Shown here in pieces: positions 19,462 to 30,927 of a DNA stretch of 64,000 bases; the stretch's first letter is position 1, and every line of letters starts with the position of its first letter. The DNA is taken from the NCBI GenBank assembly GCA_938049695.1, contig CALKVM010000002.1:3516-67515 (forward strand), given 5' to 3'. The notes under the pieces were generated by a model. It was not told the DNA's origin. It did no database searches and saw only the letters and a list, made by a program, of their open reading frames with translations. A program made the translations under genes and the position numbers. Source of the DNA: an uncultured Candidatus Nitrosoarchaeum sp. Its GTDB lineage: Archaea; Thermoproteota; Nitrososphaeria; Nitrososphaerales; Nitrosopumilaceae.

Positions 19462-19977
19462 TTAATATAATTTCTTTTTGGCAGCATATGTTAATACTGC
19501 ACAAATTGTTTTTGAATCTTGAATTTTTCCATTTTTTATCATTAAAATCACTTTTTCAAGATCTATCTTTACAACAGATAATATTTCATCTTCATCTAAT
19601 TTTAAATCTGTAATTTTCTTTAATCCTGAGGCTACAAAGCAGTGAATAGCCTCAGTATTGTAGCCTATGGATGGATAGTAGGTAATTAGCGGTGTCATTT
19701 TTTTAGCTCTATACCCTGTTTCTTCTTCTAATTCTCTAAATGCGCATTTCTTTGGGTCTTCTCTTTTTTCTAGTGTTCCTGCAGGAATTTCAATTACATA
19801 ACCATGAGGAAACCTATGTTGTTTTACAAGAATTACTTTGTTATTTTCATCAAATGCTAACATTGCAGCTGCTCCTCTATGCTCTATCATCTCTCGTTTT
19901 ACTTTTCTACCCTCAATTACTAAATCATAAATACTAAGACCTAAAATTTTACCTTCATAGATCTTTTTCTTTTTCAT
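19462..19977 (-). CDS. NUDIX hydrolase (ADP-ribose pyrophosphatase-like)
   Basis: EIPAG...AFRELEEETG Nudix box. Confidence 0.93.
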   Translation of the reverse strand: MKKKKIYEGKILGLSIYDLVIEGRKVKREMIEHRGAAAMLAFDENNKVILVKQHRFPHGYVIEIPAGTLEKREDPKKCAFRELEEETGYRAKKMTPLITYYPSIGYNTEAIHCFVASGLKKITDLKLDEDEILSVVKIDLEKVILMIKNGKIQDSKTICAVLTYAAKKKLY

Positions 19978-20002
19978 ACCAGAGTCTAAATTTTCTTATT
20001 AT

Positions 20003-20905
20003 TTAATTTGTTTGATATGAAAGATGAAGTGTAGATGATTTCTTAGCATCGTTGATAGCTTGCTCTAACCATTTTAATGGAAAAGATATCCTTTTTGGAA
20101 TAAATAGATCTGCAGACATTACACCATCCATATTTCTAACTCTTTGAGTTAATTCATCCATTTCAAATATATCGTGACTATACATGAATAATACAATTTG
20201 ATTTTTTGCAATAAATGGTATCTGCATAAATGACTCATAAAACTCATCATTCATTTTTTCTAATATTTCTCTAAGATCTCCATCAATCCATGCAAGTATG
20301 GCATGTGGAATAAAGTCTTCAATTTTTGTTGGATCATAAATCACTGTAAATTGAATACCATCATTTTCTTGTAATTTATCAATACATCTTGTAACTGTTT
20401 TTGTAGATAAACCTATGTCTTTTGATATCTTTTCAATTTTTTGTCTTGGTTCGTTTATTAATTGTTCTAAAATTTCTAAATCTGTTTTAGTTAAATTGGA
20501 ATTAAATCCTGGATTTTCTGCTTCAAAAATAGATAATACTTTAACATCTTTCATTAATTTATTTGCAAGTGTGATTTTTTGTTGTAAATTTTCTTTTATT
20601 ACAATACTACAAACTGTAATTCCACCAACACATGGTACAACAAAAAATGGCTCTCCGACTAAACTAATTTGCTCTAAAATCTCTTTGATGTTTTGACCTG
20701 AAACTACTATGTATAATACACCTAGTCCCAAAACTGGCGGCTCAACTTTAATAGTAAATTTCTCAATTATTTTCCGCTTCTGCATTTTTTTAATTCGTGC
20801 TCTAACTGCACCTCCTGAAATTCCTAATTCTTTTCCAATCTGTCTATCTGCTTCTCTACAATTATTCAAGAGCCTACTTAGAATTTTTATATCTAAATTG
20901 TCCAA
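20003..20905 (-). CDS. Tandem Lrp/AsnC-family transcription regulator
   Basis: Two HTH modules (DNLD.KIL...GISGGAVRARIKK and TKTD.EIL...GLSTKTV). Confidence 0.85.
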   Translation of the reverse strand: MDNLDIKILSRLLNNCREADRQIGKELGISGGAVRARIKKMQKRKIIEKFTIKVEPPVLGLGVLYIVVSGQNIKEILEQISLVGEPFFVVPCVGGITVCSIVIKENLQQKITLANKLMKDVKVLSIFEAENPGFNSNLTKTDLEILEQLINEPRQKIEKISKDIGLSTKTVTRCIDKLQENDGIQFTVIYDPTKIEDFIPHAILAWIDGDLREILEKMNDEFYESFMQIPFIAKNQIVLFMYSHDIFEMDELTQRVRNMDGVMSADLFIPKRISFPLKWLEQAINDAKKSSTLHLSYQTN

Positions 20906-21022
20906 TCTCTCACCTAAATCAATCTCATAATGTTTGTAAATAACTAATAAAATATAAAATTGTCTATACTGTTAGCACTATATATAAAATACATTAAATA
21001 TTAGACTATTTCTAATCTTCTT

Positions 21023-22210
21023 GTGGAATACAGATTTCGTTTAGCAAAAAGAATGCTATTCAACAAAAAAGGAAGTCTCATTGGTGCAGTTTTAGCGGTG
21101 ACAATTGGAATTTTGGTAATTCATGTTAATTTTGTAATTTTTCAGGGATTATTTGATGCAATTGTTAGAGATATCTCAAATTATAGAAACGGTGATGTTC
21201 TAATTACAGACGAGGAAGATTATATCGATATATCAGATCAAGCATTAGTTAATTGGTTTGAAAGAATCCCATATGTAGAAGCGGCTACTCCACGGTTGTC
21301 ATCGACGGCGTCAATTAACATGACAAAATTTGGAACATTACACGAAGAAACAAGAATTTCTATTGTGGGAGTTGATCCATTACGAGATATTCGAGCTTCT
21401 ACTGTTCATGAGACTGTATCTGATGGACAATATGTTTTTTCAAGAAATTCTATTGTGCTAGGTTCTAATGTCGCAAAAGATCTTGGAGGTGCTCAGGTAG
21501 GTGATAGTATAAAATTAAAGATTGTTGATAGATACGGACAGGATCAAATTAAGAGATTTGTAGTTACTGGAATAGCAAAATCGCCTGGCGGTCAAGGCTT
21601 TGATTATAGTGTAGTTGTTCACATTGACACTTTACGCGATTTAATGAATAGACATGGTGATACAGGTTCAATTATGGTAAAACTAAAAGATCCATCTAAA
21701 GCAAGTGATGTAAAAAATTTCTTTTTAGCTTCTTTTCCTAATGATGATTTTGTTGCAGAAACAATAGAAGAATCTGCTGAACAGCAACTAGCGGGATTTA
21801 GATCTGGTATTGCAATGATAAACATGATTGGATATTTTGGAATGATGTCATCCGCATTTGCTATTGTTACAATTCAAATGATGCTAGTTAATGGAAAAAC
21901 TAGAGAAATAGGTGTAATGAGATCAATAGGTGCAACAAGAAAAGATATTTTGCTTATTTTTATTTTTCAGGGAATGATAATTGGTGCAATTGGTGCTGGA
22001 GTTGGGACTGCAGCAGGATTAGGTTACACATTTTATGCAAAGGAAACAAAAATGTCATTCAATAATAGCCTCCCACTAGAAGTGAGCTACAATTGGGAAA
22101 AAATTATTCAGACAGCTGTATTATCGTTTATTTTAGCAATAATTGCTTCACTATACCCATCATATAGAGCGACTAAATTATTACCAGTGGAGGCAATGAG
22201 AAATGTCTAA
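21023..22210 (+). CDS. ABC transporter permease (MacB/LolE/FtsX type)
   Basis: TM1, large extracellular domain, KTREIGVMRSIGA and YPSYRA..L.PVEAMR motifs. Confidence 0.9.
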   Translation: MEYRFRLAKRMLFNKKGSLIGAVLAVTIGILVIHVNFVIFQGLFDAIVRDISNYRNGDVLITDEEDYIDISDQALVNWFERIPYVEAATPRLSSTASINMTKFGTLHEETRISIVGVDPLRDIRASTVHETVSDGQYVFSRNSIVLGSNVAKDLGGAQVGDSIKLKIVDRYGQDQIKRFVVTGIAKSPGGQGFDYSVVVHIDTLRDLMNRHGDTGSIMVKLKDPSKASDVKNFFLASFPNDDFVAETIEESAEQQLAGFRSGIAMINMIGYFGMMSSAFAIVTIQMMLVNGKTREIGVMRSIGATRKDILLIFIFQGMIIGAIGAGVGTAAGLGYTFYAKETKMSFNNSLPLEVSYNWEKIIQTAVLSFILAIIASLYPSYRATKLLPVEAMRNV

Positions 22211-22907
22211 AGTACTTGAAATTATTAATCTAAGTAAAATTTATGGAACAGGAGAAAACAAGGTAAAGGCATTAGATAATGTATCACTTTCAATTGAAAA
22301 AGGCGAATTTGTATTAATTGTAGGTAGCTCCGGTTCGGGAAAATCAACTCTACTTAACATGATAGGACTATTAGATCGTCCTACAAATGGCAAGGTCTTC
22401 ATTGATAGAACAGATACAACAAATCTATCAGATAACAAAATCTCGTCATTTAGAAACAAAAAATTAGGATTCATTTTTCAATTCTCAAATCTATTAACTG
22501 ATTTGACTGTTCTTGAAAATGTATTATTGCCAAGAGAAATTGCAGGAACCACTGATTCTGCAGAAAAAAATGCTAGAGAATTACTAAAAGCAGTTGGATT
22601 AGATGATCAAATGGATAAAAGAGCAAATAAAATTTCAGGTGGACAAGCACAAAGAGCGGCAATTGCTAGAGGATTGATAAATAATCCTTCAATTGTTTTA
22701 GCTGATGAACCAACTGGTAACTTGGATTCTGTTACATCTGAAAAAATAATTCAATTAATGAAATCAATGGCAAAAAAACTAAATCAAACATTCATTGTTG
22801 TTACTCACGACAGACAACATTTTGGAGATGTTGATAGAGTGATTACAATTAAAGATGGAAAGGCATTTGAAGGAAATTTACCATCTGAGATGGAGGTTTT
22901 GGCATGA
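22203..22907 (+). CDS. ABC transporter ATP-binding protein (LolD-like)
   Basis: GSSGSGKST, ISGGQ, LADEPTGNLD and VTHD motifs. Confidence 0.95.
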   Translation: MSKVLEIINLSKIYGTGENKVKALDNVSLSIEKGEFVLIVGSSGSGKSTLLNMIGLLDRPTNGKVFIDRTDTTNLSDNKISSFRNKKLGFIFQFSNLLTDLTVLENVLLPREIAGTTDSAEKNARELLKAVGLDDQMDKRANKISGGQAQRAAIARGLINNPSIVLADEPTGNLDSVTSEKIIQLMKSMAKKLNQTFIVVTHDRQHFGDVDRVITIKDGKAFEGNLPSEMEVLA

Positions 22908-24205
22908 TAAATTATAAGATTTTATTTTCATTAGCAATATTGTTTCTTATTCCATTAATGACAGATAATTCATTTGCTCAAATTAAATCGGGCGGTTTTG
23001 GTCAGTCTCCATTTGAAAGAGAATTTGGAGATGTAAAATTTCTTAATGCCTATTTTGGAACTATTGATGAAAAAATCGAGATTGATCCTGGAGATGAAAA
23101 TGTACCATTTACAGTAGTATTTGCAAATGTAGGCACACAAGATATTACTGGAATCAAAGGACAGCTATCTCTTCCTATGGGATTTTCCGCAGCAGATGGA
23201 CATGGTTCATTAATTATTGCTGATAGTAATTCTAATTCTTTGGCAGGTGATAATTTCCACATGACATTTTATGTTAATGTTGATAAAAATATTAGAATTC
23301 AACAATATCCAGGTACTATTAAAATTGATTATTCTAGATTAAGAGAATCTGGAGTAAGAACTTCTTTTTCTGATTTTAATTTCAAAGTTACTGGAAACAG
23401 TATACTCAATGTTAAAGCATTAGATCCATTTCTTACATCTTTGAAATCAAATAACGTAGTAATTGAGCTTTCAAATGATGGAACTGCACCACTTTCCACT
23501 GTGACTATTGTAGCTACTAACACTCAGGCAGAATCTGGCACAACTTCCTCATCAACTACAAGATCTGGTGTAGTAATTCTAGAATCAAATTGGGATGTTG
23601 GAAATATAGCACCAAAATCTTCTAGATATCTCACTGCTACAGTATACGTACCAGCAAATCTTAAAGGCGATACTTTACAAGTTCCATTGACTATTAAATA
23701 TTATAATACACAGGGTGCACTACAAACTGTATCTAAAACTGTTGATTTTTACATTAAAGGATTGATTGATCTTTCCATATATGATATTGGAGTGATTGAG
23801 TTATCTGGTAAACAAATGGTTGTTGGAGAAATAATTAACGAAGGAAATGAAAATGCCTTATTTGGTTTTGTAACTCTTGAGCCATTAGGTAATTCAAACA
23901 TCAAAAACCAAACTCAATTTATTGACGAAGTAGAAACTGATTCTCCAGTTCCATTTAACATTCCGCTAGAATTTGATGGTGAGCCACAATATGGGGAACA
24001 CGATATTAGACTTATTATAAGATACAAAGATAGTATTAGAGATGAGATATTTCTCATACATAATGCCACGATATTTGTAAAAGAACCACCAAAAATTGAA
24101 TCTGGAAATGATTCACAACTGATCATCATTCCAATAATAATAGCAGCAGTAATAGGAGTCTATATGATTCGTAGGCGTAAAAAATCAAAAATTCAGACTA
24201 GCTAA
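22904..24205 (+). CDS. COG1361-like Ig-repeat surface protein (signal peptide and C-terminal TM)
   Basis: Signal peptide, repeated N.G beta-sandwich modules, C-terminal TM plus RRRKK; coupled to the ABC genes. Confidence 0.75.
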   Translation: MINYKILFSLAILFLIPLMTDNSFAQIKSGGFGQSPFEREFGDVKFLNAYFGTIDEKIEIDPGDENVPFTVVFANVGTQDITGIKGQLSLPMGFSAADGHGSLIIADSNSNSLAGDNFHMTFYVNVDKNIRIQQYPGTIKIDYSRLRESGVRTSFSDFNFKVTGNSILNVKALDPFLTSLKSNNVVIELSNDGTAPLSTVTIVATNTQAESGTTSSSTTRSGVVILESNWDVGNIAPKSSRYLTATVYVPANLKGDTLQVPLTIKYYNTQGALQTVSKTVDFYIKGLIDLSIYDIGVIELSGKQMVVGEIINEGNENALFGFVTLEPLGNSNIKNQTQFIDEVETDSPVPFNIPLEFDGEPQYGEHDIRLIIRYKDSIRDEIFLIHNATIFVKEPPKIESGNDSQLIIIPIIIAAVIGVYMIRRRKKSKIQTS

Positions 24206-24632
24206 TAATTAAATTTTAAATCATAAAAAATAAAAAACTGCAAAGAAGAATCAGAAAAAATTAGTCAACAAAGTACTTTCTGAATTAGAAAGTAAGATAG
24301 TTATCTTGATGATGTTCATTTAGAACAACTAAATCAAGAGATTAAAGTACTAAAACATGTAATTAATGATAACAACTAGATCTTGAACAGGTAATAAAAA
24401 AATTCTTTACAATGGAATCAAAACTGTAATATTATTTTATTAATTTCTAATTCCCTGTTTTGGGACATTTGCATTATTGTTATATGATTATGTTGAGATA
24501 GTATGAATTAGGTATGTCAAAAGGCACATTTCTCTTTCTAGTAGGATGTGTAGTGGGATTCATAACAACACCTCTTCTTTGAATCTTTTTTGTAATTCCT
24601 AAATTCATATACATAGAAAAAAACCAAAATCA

Positions 24633-24836
24633 TTGCAAACTCATCAAAAATTAATAATTGTTGGTTTAATCTTACTTATTGCTACATATGTGATCTCTAC
24701 TTATCATGAAACGGATCATCCTGGAATTGGATTCAACTATGCTTACATTACTGGAATTTCTATGTTGATTGTATTCATTACAAGTTTTGTATTGTTTGGT
24801 AAGTACAGAATAAAAGAATCAAAATCCAAAAAATAA
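24633..24836 (+). CDS. Small 2-TM hypothetical protein
   Basis: 67-aa ORF with two hydrophobic segments and a basic tail. Confidence 0.65.
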   Translation: MQTHQKLIIVGLILLIATYVISTYHETDHPGIGFNYAYITGISMLIVFITSFVLFGKYRIKESKSKK

Positions 24837-24907
24837 ATTCTCACTAAACAAGCATGAAAAAGATACTGATTTTCTATTTTTGTTATGGCTAAGATTATAA
24901 GCAAATA

Positions 24908-25309
24908 ATGGATCTTGCGTTCATGCCAAGAGATGAAATTGAAGTACCAAAAGAATTACGAGAATTCATGCTTGAAGGAGCAGAAGAAACCACACTTGGA
25001 CAAAAAAATGGTGCAAAAAGACAATTTCGATATGGTAATTTGCACATTAGAGAATATGACAATAAATTTTTAGTTCATACTGATAAAATTGATCCTAGAA
25101 AAGATCCGTTTGGTCATTTAGTCTGTGATGCTCCGGAAGTTCTGATTGGGTTAGCATGTTCAATTCTAGGTGGTTCAGAAATTGCAAAAAAATTTCTAAA
25201 TAATAACAAATCAAAAAAATCAACTATAACAGCTACTCTTCTCTCTTCTATAATTGCAGGATATGTTGGATATGTTGTAACTAAAAAAATCAAAAATTAT
25301 TTAGAGTAA
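24908..25309 (+). CDS. Conserved archaeal hypothetical protein with C-terminal hydrophobic helices
   Basis: HxDxxDPxxDPxGHLxxDAPE pattern; directly upstream of the ABC1 kinase. Confidence 0.75.
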   Translation: MDLAFMPRDEIEVPKELREFMLEGAEETTLGQKNGAKRQFRYGNLHIREYDNKFLVHTDKIDPRKDPFGHLVCDAPEVLIGLACSILGGSEIAKKFLNNNKSKKSTITATLLSSIIAGYVGYVVTKKIKNYLE

Positions 25310-25311
25310 AC

Positions 25312-26862
25312 ATGTCTACTGCAAGAACAATTCAGGTATTCATTAAACTAATTCCTTCAATTTTGGCATTACGAAAAGATAGAAGAAAATGGGTAAAAAA
25401 AGAAGGTAAGGATGTTGATTTAGAAAAATATCGTAAGAATGCACGTAAAGTTCTAAACACTTTCATTTCATTAGGACCTGTTTACATAAAATTAGGACAA
25501 TGGCTTTCATCACGAGCTGATATTTTACCACAACCCTATTTGGAAGAACTTGCTAAACTGCAAGACAATGTTCCAGCAGCTCCATTTGATCAGGTAAAAC
25601 CCATAATAGAAAATGACATAGGACCGATCAACGAAAAATTTGATGACATAGATCCAAATCCTATTTCTGGCGCATCTTTAGGTCAAGTTTACCGTGGAAG
25701 AATTTCTGGTCAAGAAATTGTTGTTAAAGTAAAAAGACCCGGAATTGAAAAAGTTGTCGAAGAAGATCTCAAAGTCTTAAAAAAAATTCTTCCAATGGCA
25801 TTAAGATTTGTAGATCCAAACTTGCGTTTTTCTGCAAGAGCAATGCTTTCTCAATTTATTGAAACAATTCATGAGGAAATGGATTATACAATTGAATCAT
25901 CAAATCTTAAAAAAATTAAACATGATATGAAAAAAAGCAACATACTAGTTCCTTCAGTTTATGATGATTATTCTTCAAAAAACGTACTTACTATGGAATA
26001 CCTTCCTGGTATCAAAATTACCAATATAGAAGCACTTGATGAAAAGGGAATTGATAGGCAGAAACTAGTAATTGACGTTCACAAGGTCTTTTTCACCATG
26101 CTTTTACGTCATTCATTATTTCATGCAGATCCTCATCCTGGAAACATTTCAGTAACTGATGATGGCAAGCTCATTCTTTATGACTATGGAATGGTTGGAC
26201 GGTTAGATAATGAAACTAGATTAAGACTAATCAGACTTTATCTTGCCTTAGTTGAGAAAAATCCTCCAAGAACTGTGAATGCAATGGCTGACCTTGGAAT
26301 GTTAACTCCTGATTTTAACAGATCAGTAATTGAGAAAGGAATAGAATTGGCTGTCGGTGCAATGCATGGAAAAAAGCCCGATGAAATGGAGGTACAAAGT
26401 TTGATGGAACTTGCAAACAAAACAATGAGTAAATTCCCATTTATTCTTCCAAAGAACTTAGCGTTGTACATGAGAATGGCTTCAATCATAGAGGGAATTT
26501 ACAAAACACATAAAGTTGATTTCAAATTTGTTAAAGTATTAAGAGAAATTTTAGAAGAAGAAAATTTGATCAAAGATGCGTATATAGAAGAACTAAAGTA
26601 TTCTTTTCAAAGATTTGCAAAATCAATTGATGCTACTATTTCAATTGCACCAGAATTAAAAAAATTTATTGATGAAAACAGATCACTTCAATTCTTAAAT
26701 GCTAAACCAAAATCTAATATTTTACTTTCTGGAAGTATTCTCTCATCTGCAATTTTTGTAGGTTCTACTGTTTTGTATACATCAAATGAATCCTTAGGAA
26801 TTACTGGAATGATATGTTCAATGATAATAATGAGTATCTTTACAATCTTCAGAAAACATTAA
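25312..26862 (+). CDS. AarF/ABC1/UbiB-family atypical kinase
   Basis: LGP.YIKLGQ, ASLGQV, VVKV.RP, HADPHPGN and DYGMVG motifs. Confidence 0.93.
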   Translation: MSTARTIQVFIKLIPSILALRKDRRKWVKKEGKDVDLEKYRKNARKVLNTFISLGPVYIKLGQWLSSRADILPQPYLEELAKLQDNVPAAPFDQVKPIIENDIGPINEKFDDIDPNPISGASLGQVYRGRISGQEIVVKVKRPGIEKVVEEDLKVLKKILPMALRFVDPNLRFSARAMLSQFIETIHEEMDYTIESSNLKKIKHDMKKSNILVPSVYDDYSSKNVLTMEYLPGIKITNIEALDEKGIDRQKLVIDVHKVFFTMLLRHSLFHADPHPGNISVTDDGKLILYDYGMVGRLDNETRLRLIRLYLALVEKNPPRTVNAMADLGMLTPDFNRSVIEKGIELAVGAMHGKKPDEMEVQSLMELANKTMSKFPFILPKNLALYMRMASIIEGIYKTHKVDFKFVKVLREILEEENLIKDAYIEELKYSFQRFAKSIDATISIAPELKKFIDENRSLQFLNAKPKSNILLSGSILSSAIFVGSTVLYTSNESLGITGMICSMIIMSIFTIFRKH

Positions 26863-27255
26863 TTATTCTACCGAAATATCTTTTCCATGTTTTTTAACAG
26901 GAATTGTAATTGTTAATACACCGTGTTCATATTTTGCAGAATTTACTCCTTCTTCTCCTTCTCTAAGATCAATAGGTAATTTCATTTTCTTATCTATGAT
27001 GTTAGGTCTTTGATTGCATATCATATTGTGTTTTTTTTCATCAGAAATTTCTTTACATGCCTGAATAGATAGAATATTTCCATCAAGTGATAATTTGATA
27101 TCTTTTTTTGCAAATCCTGGCAAGTCAATTAATAATATTAATTTATCATTATCGAGAAACATATCTACAGGCGGTAAAACAAATTCATAAAATTCTCTTG
27201 ACTTATTCCCAATTTCTTTAATCATTTCTTTTGCCATGGATTTTACTAGTCCCAT
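26863..27255 (-). CDS. Small heat-shock protein (Hsp20)
   Basis: DLPG and AKYEHGVLTITIP alpha-crystallin motifs. Confidence 0.9.
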   Translation of the reverse strand: MGLVKSMAKEMIKEIGNKSREFYEFVLPPVDMFLDNDKLILLIDLPGFAKKDIKLSLDGNILSIQACKEISDEKKHNMICNQRPNIIDKKMKLPIDLREGEEGVNSAKYEHGVLTITIPVKKHGKDISVE

Positions 27256-27332
27256 TTTGAGATACGTGCTTAATTTTTGGTTATAAACCTTGATAGATTT
27301 TTAATCAATTAATTTCTCTGGTTTTGTAACTT

Positions 27333-27914
27333 ATGATAATTGTTATTGAAGGCGGAGACCAAGCAGGAAAGAAAACTCAAACTGCATTATTGGTAAAAGC
27401 ATTAAAACAAAGAAAAATCAAAACTACTACCTTTAGCTTTCCTGATTATAAGACACCCATAGGAAAAGAAATTGCAAAATATCTTAATGGTAAGAGAAAA
27501 TTTCCTCTTCAAGTGATTCACTGTCTTTTAGCTGCAAATAGGTGGGAAAAATTAAATGAAATTTTAGCAGCACAATCAAAAAATTCTGTTTTGATAATGA
27601 ATCGTTACTACCAATCTAATCTAATCTATGGTTTAGCAAATGGTATGAAACGTGAATGGTTAGAAAATTTAGATGCTGGACTTCCAAAGGCCGATCTTGT
27701 CATTTTACTAGATGTAACTCAAACAGAATCATTTCGTAGGAAAAAAACTAACAGAGATAAATTTGAAAAAAATGAAGAATTCCTAAGAAAAATATCAAAA
27801 ATTTATAGAACTACTGCAAAGAATGAACATTGGAAAATTATTGATGCATCAAAACCAAAGCAAGAAGTTCATAAAGATATTTTGAAAGTATTTACAAAGA
27901 AAATAGGACTATGA
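27333..27914 (+). CDS. tmk: Thymidylate kinase
   Basis: EGGDQAGK P-loop, A.NR and NRY..S motifs. Confidence 0.93.
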   Translation: MIIVIEGGDQAGKKTQTALLVKALKQRKIKTTTFSFPDYKTPIGKEIAKYLNGKRKFPLQVIHCLLAANRWEKLNEILAAQSKNSVLIMNRYYQSNLIYGLANGMKREWLENLDAGLPKADLVILLDVTQTESFRRKKTNRDKFEKNEEFLRKISKIYRTTAKNEHWKIIDASKPKQEVHKDILKVFTKKIGL

Positions 27915-29146
27915 AAAAAAATTATCTAGACATAGTTGATCCAATACATGATTTTATTCGTGTTTATGATCATGAATTAAAAATAATTGATACTCCTATA
28001 TTTCAAAGACTAAGACGAATACGTCAACTTTCTGGTGCTCATTTAACATATCCTGCAGCACAACATACTAGATTTGAGCATTCTTTGGGTGTTATGCATA
28101 TTGCAAGTCAAGCTGGTCAGGCTTTAAATGAAAAAGGAATTTTGAAATCCGATGATATAGAAATTTTGAGACTTGCAGGACTTTTACATGATATAGGTCA
28201 TGGACCTTTTTCACATATTTTTGAGGAGATTATACAACAAAAGAAATTTTCACATGAATGTTTTGGTAAAGAAATTATTCTAAAATCTGAAATTGGTGAT
28301 AGCTTATCAAAAAATGGATATGACAAAAAACTCATCACAAAAGTAGCTTTTGGTGATTCTAAATTACAATACATGAATGAAATTATTTCAGGAGCATTAA
28401 GTGCTGACATGATGGATTACTTGTTAAGGGATGGTTACTTTACTGGTGCAGAACATGCACAAATTGATCACAAAAGAATAACACAATCCTTAGATGTATA
28501 TAAGAAAAAACTTGCTCTAGAAAGATCAGCACTATATTCTTTTGAATCTATGATGCATTCTCGTTATCAAATGTTCAAGGCTGTATATTTTCATAAAACA
28601 GTAAGAGCCGCAGAAGTTATGCTTTTAGAGGCATTACGGTTATCTGATGATGAATTTGGTTTTACCTCTTTTACCATTAATGAATATATAAAACTTACAG
28701 ATGAATACGTTCTAGCCCAACTTATTTCATCAAAATCATCTAAATTAAAACGCGCTAGACAATTTGCCGAAGATTATCAAAACAGAAAATTGTTAAAATG
28801 TGTATTTGAACGAATTTTAACTAGTAGAACTAATTTGGGAAAATCTAAAACTAATGAGCTAAGAACATCTATATCAAAAAAATCCAAAGTTGATGAAAGT
28901 GAAATTTTTGTTGATAGCTCAGTTACTCCATCAATTCCACTGGCTCCATCCAAAAATGAATCAAAATATATAATTTTGATTACAAATGAGAATGGAAAAT
29001 CAACTGCACAAGAGATGCCTATATCACAAATTCCTGTAGTTTCAGCAATATCTGGTTTTATGAATATTCTTAGAATATACACACATCAAAAGAACAGAAA
29101 AAAAGTTGAAATTGCCGCAAAATCAATCCTCGGTGGTTTAAAATAA
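27911..29146 (+). CDS. HD-domain phosphohydrolase (SAMHD1/COG1078-like putative dNTPase)
   Basis: [40 protein letters not shown] and VY.HKT motifs. Confidence 0.9.
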   Translation: MKKNYLDIVDPIHDFIRVYDHELKIIDTPIFQRLRRIRQLSGAHLTYPAAQHTRFEHSLGVMHIASQAGQALNEKGILKSDDIEILRLAGLLHDIGHGPFSHIFEEIIQQKKFSHECFGKEIILKSEIGDSLSKNGYDKKLITKVAFGDSKLQYMNEIISGALSADMMDYLLRDGYFTGAEHAQIDHKRITQSLDVYKKKLALERSALYSFESMMHSRYQMFKAVYFHKTVRAAEVMLLEALRLSDDEFGFTSFTINEYIKLTDEYVLAQLISSKSSKLKRARQFAEDYQNRKLLKCVFERILTSRTNLGKSKTNELRTSISKKSKVDESEIFVDSSVTPSIPLAPSKNESKYIILITNENGKSTAQEMPISQIPVVSAISGFMNILRIYTHQKNRKKVEIAAKSILGGLK

Positions 29147-29829
29147 TGAAAAAAAGAATTGTCATCAAACTTTCAGGACGAATTTTTAGTATGGATAATG
29201 TAAAAATGCTAAAGGACTATGCGTCATTTTTAGTCAAAATTAGTAAGATATGTCAACCGATAATTATTGCAGGTGGTGGAAATATTGCCAGACATTACAT
29301 TACTCATGCAAGATCTTCAGGAGCTGATGAATCTACACTGGATGAACTTGGAATAGAAATCTCTAGGTTAAATGCCAAACTCTTGATTTATGCCCTAAAA
29401 AATAAAGCGTATTCCCATCCTCCAACAACATTGCAAGAAGTAAGACATGCAGTAGATGATGGGTTGATTGTAGTTACAGGTGGTTTACATCCTGGACAAA
29501 GTACCAATGGAACCGCAGCCCTTATTGCTGAAAAAATCAATGCAGAACAATTTCTTAATGCTACTGATGTTGATGGTGTTTATGATAAGGACCCTAATAA
29601 ATTCAAAAATGCAAAAAAATTCAAACGAATTGAACTTAAGAATTTAAAAAACATGCTTGTTCATGAAGATTCTATTGCAGGAGGTTATGATTTGATGGAT
29701 ATAGTAGCTCTAAAAATTATTGAACGCTCTAAAATAAAGACACGAATATTAAAAGCTGATATCAAAACACTTGAAAAAGCAATCAAAGGTGTAGATGTTG
29801 GAACTGAAATAGTTCTACCATCAAAATAA
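29146..29829 (+). CDS. pyrH: UMP kinase
   Basis: GGGN.AR.Y, GG..PG.ST and TDVDGVY..DP motifs. Confidence 0.95.
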   Translation: MKKRIVIKLSGRIFSMDNVKMLKDYASFLVKISKICQPIIIAGGGNIARHYITHARSSGADESTLDELGIEISRLNAKLLIYALKNKAYSHPPTTLQEVRHAVDDGLIVVTGGLHPGQSTNGTAALIAEKINAEQFLNATDVDGVYDKDPNKFKNAKKFKRIELKNLKNMLVHEDSIAGGYDLMDIVALKIIERSKIKTRILKADIKTLEKAIKGVDVGTEIVLPSK

Positions 29830-30186
29830 TTACTCAGAAATCTCGTTTTGCACTGTTGGACGTCGCTCTGACCAAATCTGAATCTCATTTTCAGGATATT
29901 CTGGAATTCCAGATTCTCTTAGTTTTTTATAAATTGACAATGCTTCTTTTTTTTCTAGTGATTTTGATTGAGCTTTTGTAAATCCATCTTTGTCTGCTAA
30001 TATGGCAACATATCCCTCAGGCGAACTAATTACTGCAACAAAATCCTCTTCTCCAACTGGATGAAATTTACCATCGATTTTTTTTGTAGTCAATGTTAAC
30101 ATCCCAAATCCTGCAGCTTCAAACATTTTCATTTGTGATTTACCGGCTATTTGTTTTCCCTGCTGTACGGCTTGAAAATATTGCAT
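29830..30186 (-). CDS. Hypothetical protein
   Basis: 118-aa ORF filling the gap between neighbours. Confidence 0.75.
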   Translation of the reverse strand: MQYFQAVQQGKQIAGKSQMKMFEAAGFGMLTLTTKKIDGKFHPVGEEDFVAVISSPEGYVAILADKDGFTKAQSKSLEKKEALSIYKKLRESGIPEYPENEIQIWSERRPTVQNEISE

Positions 30187-30257
30187 GATTACTTTTACTC
30201 TCTAATATTATAATAACTATCTCAACATTTAAGATATCCAAAAAATGATTTAATTCA

Positions 30258-30812
30258 GTGAATACTAAAATATTTGTTTTTGTGGCAATTATCGCATTAG
30301 CTGCAGCTATGGGTATAATTCTTTTGTCTGGCTCATCCTTTGTTAGTCCTACATCAGAAAAAGATATCACTCAAGAAATATCACAAAAAATACAGTCAAT
30401 ATCTGTTGAATTAGATGATATTTCAATAATTGAAGTTAACAAAAGAGATGTTACGATCGAGATAGCATTCAAAGTTAGTAATCCTAATACTGGTTCTGTA
30501 ATTGTACAAGTTATGGATTACCAACTATTTGAAACTGGATTTTCTAACGAAAAACAAATTTCAGGTGGTCAAATTGGTAGTAGACCAGAAGGAATGGTAG
30601 AATTTGAATCCAATTACTATACACTTCTTGGTGAACATTCAATTCTTTTAAAAGATAAATTGGTATTGAAAAATACTGGTAATACTCCTGAATTATGGTC
30701 TGCCTTTGAAAGTAATACTGCAAAATGGCGAGTTAGTGGAGATATCTTCTTTAATCAAAGCTCAATGACTCAGGGACAAGAAAATGAACTTCATTTTGAA
30801 TTTGTAAAATAG
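30258..30812 (+). CDS. Membrane-anchored LEA_2/WHy-like domain protein
   Basis: N-terminal TM, FKVSNPN...MDYQL; paralog of 2265..2759. Confidence 0.65.
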   Translation: MNTKIFVFVAIIALAAAMGIILLSGSSFVSPTSEKDITQEISQKIQSISVELDDISIIEVNKRDVTIEIAFKVSNPNTGSVIVQVMDYQLFETGFSNEKQISGGQIGSRPEGMVEFESNYYTLLGEHSILLKDKLVLKNTGNTPELWSAFESNTAKWRVSGDIFFNQSSMTQGQENELHFEFVK

Positions 30813-30927
30813 TCAAAAACGACATAATTTGATTAATGTATCATAAAAATTGAAAATTATGATAATTTGTTTTTAGAGAAAAAATATTGGCAAAATTATA
30901 AAAGCCCGTAAAGTGGGTTTTTATCAA

